DNA from: Thermodesulfobacteriota bacterium
Lineage (GTDB): Bacteria; Desulfobacterota_D; UBA1144; Nemesobacterales; N074bin48
Direction: 5' to 3'
Assembly (NCBI GenBank): GCA_041572575.1
Contig: JBFFSH010000047.1
Location: 1 to 19,341 of the forward strand
DNA: 19,341 nt
The position numbers and the translations under genes are program-made. Below, piece by piece: positions 1 to 7,308 of this stretch. The notes beneath the pieces were generated by a model. It was not told the DNA's origin. It was given only the letters and a program-made list of their open reading frames with translations, and ran no database searches. Position 1 is the stretch's first letter. Each line of letters opens with the position of its first letter.

Positions 1-1
1 C

Positions 2-2218
2 CTTAGTGAACTATGGATACATACGAATAATTCTTGCAACCTTCAGTGTACCCACTGCCTGGTTGAATCAGGCCCATCAGGAGATAGGGGACTGGAAACC
101 TCAGTTCTTAAAGACCTCATTGATCAGGCAAAAAAGCTTGGTGTGTATAGATTCTATTTTACTGGTGGAGAGCCGTTTATTAGAAAAGACATATTTGAAC
201 TAATTGATTACATCACAACCGCCCCTTATACAGAACTGATTATACTTACAAATGGAATGTTCTTTAATCATAAAGATAATTTAAAACAGTTTCAAAAAGT
301 AAGCCGCGGCAGGGTTAAGCCACAGATAAGCCTTGACGGCTCGACTGCAAAAGCCAACGATTCTATTAGGGGTAAGGGAACATTTAAAAAAATCATTGAA
401 GGAATTAAATCAGCAGTGAAAAGTGGTCTTGATCCAACTGTAACAACGGTTGTTAATTCTGATAACCTGCATGACATCACCAATATCACAAGACTTATTC
501 ATGGTTTAGGAGTAAATAATCATCATCTTCTGTGGGTGCATCAAAGAGGAAGAATCTCTCAAAATGACAGCATGATAGTACCTACATACAAACTGATAGA
601 AGTACTTAGAGAAACAAAATCAGTTGCAGATGAGCTTGGAATTAAAATAGACAACTTTGAAAGCATAAAGACTAAACTTAAATCCAAAAAGTTTACTAAA
701 CATGACCTAAGCAATGCATGCTGGAAAAGCCTGTGTGTATATTCAGACGGGAAGGTTTATCCATCGGCAGCATTTGCAAATTACCCGGGTCTTAGCGGAG
801 GCAGTATTTTAGATAACACTCTTGAATCCATATGGAAGGAGAGTCCGGTTTTTAATAAGTTTAGAACTGCTACGGTACAAAAAAAGACAAAATGCAATAA
901 TTGCTATATAAAATATATATGCGGTGGAGGAGATATTGAGCATACATATTTCTATACAGCTTCCACTTTTGGTAAAGGTGATCTTGAGGGGCTCGATCCA
1001 TACTCTGAGCTGCATGAATATATCATTAATACTTCACTATATGAGCTTGCACAAGAAAGTGCCCGGAAATTTAACAGGGCCTCTGGATTTGATTCACCCA
1101 TTGTTTACAAATCCATGGGAGAAGAAGTACTGGACTGCAACATTAACGGCAATGGAAATACAAATGGAAACGGCTTATCATCAAATGGCCATCCCAATGG
1201 AATACATAACTACACAGATCTAATAATCGAAGTATCGCATTCAAACTGTGTACTCACCTATGATTTTGATAAATCAAGGGAATCTGTAAGAGATTTTTAT
1301 GGTAAAGCTGCTGAGCAACCTCAGGCAGATCTATGCTGTCCAACATCTTATCCCTTGGATGACACAAGCCATATCCCACAGGATGTAATAGACAGGTTTT
1401 ATGGTTGTGGAAGCCCCATGAACATTGCTGAAATTAAGGAGGGAGAGGTTGTTACAGACCTTGGCTCGGGAGCAGGAATCGACTGTTTTATAGCTTCAAA
1501 AAAAGTTGGTCGGAAGGGAAAGGTGTTTGGAATCGATATGACAGACAATATGCTAAAAGTAGCAAATGAATGTAAATCTGTTGTCTCAAAAAATCTTGGA
1601 TTCAGCAATGTTGAATTTAAAAAAGGATTTTTAGAAGAAATACCTCTTGAAAATGAATCTGTAGACTTAATTACATCGAACTGTGTAATAAATCTCTCAC
1701 CTAATAAAAAAACCGTGTTTTCAGAAATGTGGAGAATACTAAACGATCACGGACGTATAGTGATAAGTGATATTGTATCAGAGAAAGAAGTGCCTCCTCA
1801 TATAATTAATAATCAACAGCTTTGGGGTGAGTGTATAGCAGGCGCATTAACTGAGGAACAGTTTATAAGCTACCTGGAGCAATCGGGATTTTATGGTATA
1901 CAGGTGCTTGCAAAGTCTTATTGGAAAACCATAGAGAGCTATAAGTTCTATTCTGTATCAGTAAGAGGTTATAAATTCAGCAAAAAAGCAGGATGTGTCT
2001 ACATAGGTCAAAAAGCCATATATCATGGTCCTTTCAAGGCAACATTGGACGAAGAAGGTCATATATTCCCAAGGGGTGAAGCAGTAGAGGTATGCACTGA
2101 CACTGCGCGCAAGTTATCACATCACCCGTACAGTTCATTTTTTACTATTACAGATCCAACTGATAAGGTCTCCGATGACTTTACATGCTGCAGTGATTCA
2201 GTTACCGGATGCTGTTAG
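2..2218 (+). CDS. Radical SAM/SPASM - arsenite methyltransferase (ArsM/AS3MT-like) fusion protein, 5' truncated by the window edge
   Basis: The frame of ORF 143..2218 stays open back to base 2 and reads LSELWIHTNNSCNLQCTHCLVESGP..., giving the CxxxCxxC motif at 35-58 that the ORF track missed. It continues with FTGGEP, ISLDG and RGKGTF (rSAM core) and a SPASM-like region (DGKVYPS; CNNCYIKYICGGGD). An N/G-rich linker leads to the ArsM domain: LCCP, YGCGSP, SAM motif DLGSGAGID, GIDMT, SNCVINL, WGECIAGA, an AS3MT-like C-terminal subdomain and a CC...CC tail. Confidence 0.88.
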   Translation, partial: LSELWIHTNNSCNLQCTHCLVESGPSGDRGLETSVLKDLIDQAKKLGVYRFYFTGGEPFIRKDIFELIDYITTAPYTELIILTNGMFFNHKDNLKQFQKVSRGRVKPQISLDGSTAKANDSIRGKGTFKKIIEGIKSAVKSGLDPTVTTVVNSDNLHDITNITRLIHGLGVNNHHLLWVHQRGRISQNDSMIVPTYKLIEVLRETKSVADELGIKIDNFESIKTKLKSKKFTKHDLSNACWKSLCVYSDGKVYPSAAFANYPGLSGGSILDNTLESIWKESPVFNKFRTATVQKKTKCNNCYIKYICGGGDIEHTYFYTASTFGKGDLEGLDPYSELHEYIINTSLYELAQESARKFNRASGFDSPIVYKSMGEEVLDCNINGNGNTNGNGLSSNGHPNGIHNYTDLIIEVSHSNCVLTYDFDKSRESVRDFYGKAAEQPQADLCCPTSYPLDDTSHIPQDVIDRFYGCGSPMNIAEIKEGEVVTDLGSGAGIDCFIASKKVGRKGKVFGIDMTDNMLKVANECKSVVSKNLGFSNVEFKKGFLEEIPLENESVDLITSNCVINLSPNKKTVFSEMWRILNDHGRIVISDIVSEKEVPPHIINNQQLWGECIAGALTEEQFISYLEQSGFYGIQVLAKSYWKTIESYKFYSVSVRGYKFSKKAGCVYIGQKAIYHGPFKATLDEEGHIFPRGEAVEVCTDTARKLSHHPYSSFFTITDPTDKVSDDFTCCSDSVTGCC

Positions 2219-2228
2219 TGGTCTGTAA

Positions 2229-2840
2229 ATGAAAAGACACGTTAATCATCTGATTATTTTTTTAAAATATCCACAAATTGGTAAGGTTAAGACCAGGCTT
2301 GCAAAAGATATTGGAGATGTTAAAGCCCTTAATATATATAAACTTCTCGTATCGAGTACCTTAAATAAGGTTCAAAGTACTAGCTTTGATATTTCTATTT
2401 ATTACACACCAAAAGATAAAGACAAAGAAGTACGAAAGTTTATAGATTTTAATGATGTAAATTATTATTCACAAACCGGAAACAATTTAGGCGCTAGAAT
2501 GTTAAATGCCTTCAGTGAATCTTTTACAGCCGGTTATAAGAAAACAATTATAATCGGAACAGATTGTCCTGATATTAATTACAATACCATCTCAGACACT
2601 TTTAATTTGCTGAATAATCACGATTTAGTATTAGGTCCGGCTACTGATGGTGGATATTATCTAATTGGACTTTGTAAAATCAGCATAGAATTATTTAATA
2701 ATATTGAATGGAGTAGTGATAAAGTACTTAAAAAAACTCTAAACATTGCAAATAAGCTCAATTTTAACTACAAATTGCTAGATTTCAGAGCAGATATTGA
2801 TACAATTGCAGATTTAAACAACCATAAATATCTGTTTTAG
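2229..2840 (+). CDS. TIGR04282/DUF2064-family (CofC-like) transferase, arsenosugar-biosynthesis-associated glycosyltransferase
   Basis: Family motifs IFLKYPQIGKVKTRLA, QTGNNLGARM, IIGTDCP, LGPATDGGYYLIG, IEWS and DIDT..DL. It starts 10 bp after the stop of the rSAM-ArsM gene. Confidence 0.88.
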   Translation: MKRHVNHLIIFLKYPQIGKVKTRLAKDIGDVKALNIYKLLVSSTLNKVQSTSFDISIYYTPKDKDKEVRKFIDFNDVNYYSQTGNNLGARMLNAFSESFTAGYKKTIIIGTDCPDINYNTISDTFNLLNNHDLVLGPATDGGYYLIGLCKISIELFNNIEWSSDKVLKKTLNIANKLNFNYKLLDFRADIDTIADLNNHKYLF

Positions 2841-2887
2841 ATACAATCCTGAAACCTTCCTCTATTATATGCATCCTAGTTATTAGA

Positions 2888-2917
2888 TTGATAGTTAATA
2901 TGAATATTAATTATCAA
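2888..2917. promoter_or_regulatory. 14-2-14 inverted repeat (one mismatch), candidate operator or hairpin
   Basis: ttgatagttaatat-ga-atattaattatcaa, ending 35 bp upstream of the ATG at 2953 and ahead of a strong RBS (gaggaggtg). Confidence 0.5.
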
Positions 2918-2952
2918 AAACGTAATAACTCTATATGAGGAGGTGAAAATAT

Positions 2953-3339
2953 ATGAGATTTTTTAGTATATTTAGTGTTTTTGCAATAGGTGCAGTAATG
3001 TTTATATCATCAGCAACTGCAGGTGATATGAAAATGAATGAATCCACAGACATTTCTGTTACCGGAAGAGTAGTAGACCCTGCTTGTTACATAAAGGCAG
3101 GCATGAAAGGCGCTGATCACAGAGTATGTGCTCAGGCATGTGCCAAGGCAGGCCAGGCTTTTGGAATACTGGATGAGACAAACGGCGTTCTCTACCAGGT
3201 TTTAGCAACAGGAATGATGAAAGATCCTAACGAAGGACTTATGGATCATGCAGAAGAAATTGTAACAGTTGAAGGTAAACTTTTCGAAAAAGACGGTATG
3301 AAAGGTATCGTTCCAACCAAGGTAAAAAAAGGAAGTTAA
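2953..3339 (+). CDS. Secreted hypothetical protein, Cys/His/Met-rich, possibly metal-binding
   Basis: Strong RBS GAGGAGGTG and a signal peptide (MRFFSIFSVFAIGAVMFISSATA|G). Contains the motif DPACY...HRVCAQAC...G and 9 Met in 128 aa. Confidence 0.75.
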   Translation: MRFFSIFSVFAIGAVMFISSATAGDMKMNESTDISVTGRVVDPACYIKAGMKGADHRVCAQACAKAGQAFGILDETNGVLYQVLATGMMKDPNEGLMDHAEEIVTVEGKLFEKDGMKGIVPTKVKKGS

Positions 3340-3349
3340 TCTATATTTT

Positions 3350-3386
3350 AAGGAAGCATGAAAAATCATGCTTCCTTTTCCTTTTT
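3350..3386 (+). terminator. Rho-independent terminator
   Basis: Perfect 12-bp stem aaggaagcatga-aaaa-tcatgcttcctt followed by a T-rich tail (ttccttttt), 10 bp after the stop at 3339. Confidence 0.85.
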
Positions 3387-3460
3387 CTTGCTATCTAATA
3401 ATTTATACTTATCATATTTACTGATTTAAATTCAAAAATACTGATTAATTTTATGAAAAT

Positions 3461-4006
3461 ATGAATAGATACTTCCAAATTACAATGCTTCTATGTGCTT
3501 TTTTTATTTTTGCGTGTGAACAAAAGGTGATCACATCTGAAGAAACCCCTCAGAATACTGAAACACAAGAGAAAGAAGAATTAAAAACAGCCTATAATTT
3601 CAAATTAGAAAATTTGGATGGGTCAGGCACTGTTGAGTTAAGTGATTTTAAAGATAAACCTGTGATAGTGAATTTCTGGGCTTCATGGTGTGCACCATGC
3701 AGAGAAGAGATGCCGTTTTTACAAAAAACCTGGGAAGAACATAAGGACAAAGGGCTTGTTTTTATTGGAATAGATGTGATAGATGATACGGCAAGCGCTA
3801 AAGAATTTTTAGATTCTTTTAATATTAATTATTTAAACTTAAACGACAGCAAAGGTAAAACATCAAGCAAGTATAGTGTAATTGCTCTTCCTGCGACATT
3901 CTTTATTAATAGAAAAGGGAAGATTGTAAAACAAAATTACGGTCCATTCTTAGGTGAGAGCGGAGAAAAATTATTTAACAAATATTTAGAGGAAATACTT
4001 AATTGA
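3461..4006 (+). CDS. TlpA/ResA-family thiol-disulfide oxidoreductase, probable lipoprotein
   Basis: VNFWASWCAPCREEMP active site and LPATFFIN cis-Pro loop. The N-terminal hydrophobic stretch ends in a lipobox-like IFA|C. Confidence 0.9.
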   Translation: MNRYFQITMLLCAFFIFACEQKVITSEETPQNTETQEKEELKTAYNFKLENLDGSGTVELSDFKDKPVIVNFWASWCAPCREEMPFLQKTWEEHKDKGLVFIGIDVIDDTASAKEFLDSFNINYLNLNDSKGKTSSKYSVIALPATFFINRKGKIVKQNYGPFLGESGEKLFNKYLEEILN

Positions 4007-4758
4007 GCGGAGCCGAAGTACAGGTAAGCTGGGTATTTGCTTTCTTGGCAGGAGTAGTATCATTCATCTCTCCATGTGTTTTACCATTAATCCCAGGATA
4101 CATATCACTTGTAACTAAATTATCGTTTGACGAGCTTACTGAGAAAAAAGCTTCTAATACACTAAAAAAAGTATTAATTCCAAGTATATTTTTTGTACTT
4201 GGATTTTCCTTTCTTTTTGTGACACTTGGCGCTTCAGCAACTTTTTTAGGTGGTTTTCTACAACAAAATAAGTTCCTTCTACTCAAAATATCAGGTGTAG
4301 TAATTATCATATTCTCTCTTTTCGTGCTGGAACTAATTAAAATACCACAACTTTACGGTGAAAAGCGTTTAGAAATAAAAGATAGTAATTTAAACTACTT
4401 AGGGCCATTTCTTCTTGGGATTGCCTTTGGTTTTGGATGGACACCGTGCGTAGGTCCTATTCTTGCTTCAATTTTGCTTTATGCAAGCACTGCAGAGGGA
4501 GCCTCAGAGGGTGCCATATTGTTGTTTATATATTCCTTGGGTTTAGGGCTTCCTTTTATCATTACGGGTCTTGCTCTTACAAAGGCATTATCTGCATTTT
4601 CTTGGATAAAAAGAAACTATGGAATATATAAATATGTTACTGGGGGCGCCTTGATGATTATTGGAATCTTAATGGTCACAAATACACTTTTTTACCTAAA
4701 TATTTATGGCCAAAAGATACTAGACTCTCTTGGACTCGATTTTTGGAAATCCTTTTAA
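4003..4758 (+). CDS. ccdA: Cytochrome c biogenesis / thiol-disulfide membrane transporter CcdA
   Basis: AFLAGVVSFISPCVLPLIPGY and GWTPCVGPIL catalytic Cys motifs, with about six hydrophobic segments. The TTG start overlaps the upstream TGA (TTGA). Confidence 0.92.
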   Translation: MSGAEVQVSWVFAFLAGVVSFISPCVLPLIPGYISLVTKLSFDELTEKKASNTLKKVLIPSIFFVLGFSFLFVTLGASATFLGGFLQQNKFLLLKISGVVIIIFSLFVLELIKIPQLYGEKRLEIKDSNLNYLGPFLLGIAFGFGWTPCVGPILASILLYASTAEGASEGAILLFIYSLGLGLPFIITGLALTKALSAFSWIKRNYGIYKYVTGGALMIIGILMVTNTLFYLNIYGQKILDSLGLDFWKSF

Positions 4759-4981
4759 TAGAATAAAAATAATGAATATTTAATTAGTTACTTCAAGTTA
4801 TAGTCTTAACTCCCTCTAATGTTTTAATTCTATTATATGTTATTCTAATGAACAACAAATATTTCAGCTGTTGAATTTTTTTATTAAAAATAATTGAAAC
4901 TAATGCATTAATCATGTAACTATATAGCTTTTATTTTAATACAGTATTAAAAGATATATTAATTCTGGGATATATTAGTAA

Positions 4982-6268
4982 ATGGATAAAATGAAGGAAG
5001 CAGCGCTACAGTATCATAGTTCTGACCCAAAAGGTAAAACCGGAATACATACGACCAAACCATGCGATACTCAGTGGGACTTATCACTGGCATATTCTCC
5101 CGGTGTTGCAGAGCCATGCAGAGAGATAGAACAGACTCCAGACCTTGTTTATGACTACACAAACAGAGGAAATCTTGTAGCTGTTATTAGTAACGGGACG
5201 GCAGTTCTTGGTCTTGGTAATATAGGTGCTCTTGCCGGCAAACCCGTAATGGAAGGTAAAAGCGTACTATTTAAAAAATTTGCTGATATTGATGCATTTG
5301 ATTTAGAACTAAATACCGAAGACCCAGACGAAATTATAAAAACAGTAAAACTGCTTGAGCCCACATTTGGGGGAATTAATCTAGAAGATATAAAGGCTCC
5401 AGAATGTTTTTATATCGAAGAAGAACTTAAAAAAATAATGAATATTCCTGTCTTCCACGATGATCAGCATGGCACCGCTATAATATCAGGTGCAGGTCTG
5501 ATAAATGCCTGTGAAATAGGCAATAAAGATATTGCAGACGTACGAATTACTATAAATGGAGCTGGAGCTTCTGCTATTGCTTGTGGCGAGTTTTTTATAC
5601 AAATGGGCGCCAGAAGAGAAAACATGATATTGTGTGATAGCAGGGGTGTTATATATAAAGGCAGAGAAGAAGGAATTAATGAACAAAAAGAACGTTTTAT
5701 GGTAGAGACGAATTTGCGTACCTTAGAAGATGCAATGAAAGGTGCAGATGTATTCGTTGGACTCTCTGTTGGCGGCAGAGTTAGCAAGGAAATGGTAAAG
5801 TCTATGGCTGACAATCCAATAATCTTTGCAATGGCTAATCCTGATCCCGAAATAACCTATGAAGATGCTATGGATGCAAGACAGGACATTATAATTGCAA
5901 CAGGTAGATCGGATTATCCTAACCAGGTTAATAATGTGCTTGGTTTTCCATTTATCTTCAGAGGAGCTCTAGACGTTAGAGCAAAAACCATTAATGAAGA
6001 AATGAAAGTAGCAGCTGCTCATGCGCTTGCTGATCTTGCAAAAAAGGGTGCCGATGAATCTGTTGCAAAGGCATATGGCAAATCCCATTTTGAATTTGGC
6101 CCCAAATACATAGTCCCCAAACCATTTGACCCAAGAGTCCTTCTATTCGAGTCTTATGCTGTAGCAGAAGCTGCAATAAAATCAGGAGTTGCAAGAAAGG
6201 AATTTGATTTGTCCGGATACAAACAAAGACTTGAGCAAAAAGTAATTCAGCTCTTAGAAGATGACTAA
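4982..6268 (+). CDS. NAD(P)-dependent malic enzyme, MaeB-type ME domain without the PTA domain
   Basis: Motifs [77 protein letters not shown] and PKPFDPR; 428 aa. Confidence 0.93.
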   Translation: MDKMKEAALQYHSSDPKGKTGIHTTKPCDTQWDLSLAYSPGVAEPCREIEQTPDLVYDYTNRGNLVAVISNGTAVLGLGNIGALAGKPVMEGKSVLFKKFADIDAFDLELNTEDPDEIIKTVKLLEPTFGGINLEDIKAPECFYIEEELKKIMNIPVFHDDQHGTAIISGAGLINACEIGNKDIADVRITINGAGASAIACGEFFIQMGARRENMILCDSRGVIYKGREEGINEQKERFMVETNLRTLEDAMKGADVFVGLSVGGRVSKEMVKSMADNPIIFAMANPDPEITYEDAMDARQDIIIATGRSDYPNQVNNVLGFPFIFRGALDVRAKTINEEMKVAAAHALADLAKKGADESVAKAYGKSHFEFGPKYIVPKPFDPRVLLFESYAVAEAAIKSGVARKEFDLSGYKQRLEQKVIQLLEDD

Positions 6269-6277
6269 ACAACAGTC

Positions 6278-6309
6278 ATATGTAATTCTTGCACTCTGGA
6301 ATTACATAT
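6278..6309. terminator. Hairpin between convergent genes (possible bidirectional terminator)
   Basis: Perfect 11-bp stem atatgtaattc-N10-gaattacatat, overlapping the GGDEF stop codon. No clear U-tract. Confidence 0.5.
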
Positions 6310-7222
6310 CATCTACAGTGTGAGGAAGTTTTGAAGCATATACAATCTGACCTTTACCCCTTCTTTTAGCTTCAAGCAGCGCAGTATCGACTCTTCTGTA
6401 ATATTTTTCAAAATCATAATCACTCTTATACTGTGATACTCCAACACTTATAGTAAGTTTTATTGGCCCATAAGACGAAGGAATTGCGTTTTCTTCCAAT
6501 GACAATGTTATTCTTTCAAGTACGTTTGATGCGTATATTTCATCAGAATCGAAAAGCATTAGCATAATTTCATCACCGCCCCACCTTGCAAGCCAATCGC
6601 TCTCTCTAATATTACTTTTGATAATATTTACTACATGTTTTAAACAGAAATCACCGATATCATGGCCATACTTATCATTAATTTTCTTAAAATCGTCAAG
6701 ATCAATAAGAACAAGGCTCATCTTATGTTCCCCTCTGGATGATCTTGCAATATCTTCCTTTAATCTTGTCTCTGCTGAAAACCTGTTATAAGTTCCAGTA
6801 AGATAATCAGTGCTCGATGTTTTTTCCAGTGATCTTATGAGTTTATCTATATGAGAAACCGTGTACTGCACATCTGACATCAGCTGCCCTGCTCCGTCTT
6901 TATAATATGTAGGAAGATTAGGCATTTTTTTATCAGTTATGTATTCTCTTAATTTTTGTGAAGCCAGGGATACAGGTGCTAATAAATAATATATTACATA
7001 AAGTGTAAAAGCTGTTCCCATTACAGAGGCTATAACTGTAGCTGCAAGTATTCTTATAGACGATTCCGGCCCCTGGGGATTAGAATAGACGGAATAAATA
7101 ATTAATGTAATAAGGGGTACCTGTATACCAAAAAACGCAACAAGTATGATTTTCCCTAAATAGCTATTGGGAAAAGGGAAACGTGATAAAAATTTATATA
7201 CTCTAAGGCTTTGTTCTTCCAA
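6302..7222 (-). CDS. Membrane-anchored diguanylate cyclase (GGDEF domain)
   Basis: Two N-terminal TM helices and a HAMP-like linker, then TDYLTGTYNR, IDLDDFKKINDKYGHDIGD, the RESD I-site, ARWGGDEI, TISVGV and KRRGKGQ. TTG start. Confidence 0.92.
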   Translation of the reverse strand: MEEQSLRVYKFLSRFPFPNSYLGKIILVAFFGIQVPLITLIIYSVYSNPQGPESSIRILAATVIASVMGTAFTLYVIYYLLAPVSLASQKLREYITDKKMPNLPTYYKDGAGQLMSDVQYTVSHIDKLIRSLEKTSSTDYLTGTYNRFSAETRLKEDIARSSRGEHKMSLVLIDLDDFKKINDKYGHDIGDFCLKHVVNIIKSNIRESDWLARWGGDEIMLMLFDSDEIYASNVLERITLSLEENAIPSSYGPIKLTISVGVSQYKSDYDFEKYYRRVDTALLEAKRRGKGQIVYASKLPHTVDDM

Positions 7223-7308
7223 AATTATTACTCAATTAAATAATTTTATATATTACTCTAATTTCAGAAAGTTTCTATATAGATATAGGTATTTAGTATT
7301 ATTATAAA

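Noticed and set aside
143..145. ORF-track start of the 691-aa protein
   Set aside because: The frame is open to base 2 and the essential CxxxCxxC lies upstream of 143, so the true start is outside the window.
6..1608. Short ORFs 6..203, 292..489, 809..1015, 924..1223 and 1399..1608, including as RiPP precursors for the SPASM enzyme
   Set aside because: All overlap the rSAM-ArsM gene in other frames and show no motifs. No free-standing precursor peptide is visible, although one upstream of the window cannot be excluded.
2..2840. Selenocysteine recoding, considered because TIGR04282 was first described as rSAM/selenodomain-associated
   Set aside because: No in-frame TGA occurs in the visible part of either gene, and both end in TAG.
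4934..4952. 9-1-9 palindrome ttttaatac-a-gtattaaaa upstream of the malic enzyme, and a nearby TGAAAC at 4895
   Set aside because: The palindrome is almost all A/T in a very AT-rich spacer, so it is plausible by chance, and no second copy was seen. The TGAAAC lacks a matching -10 element.
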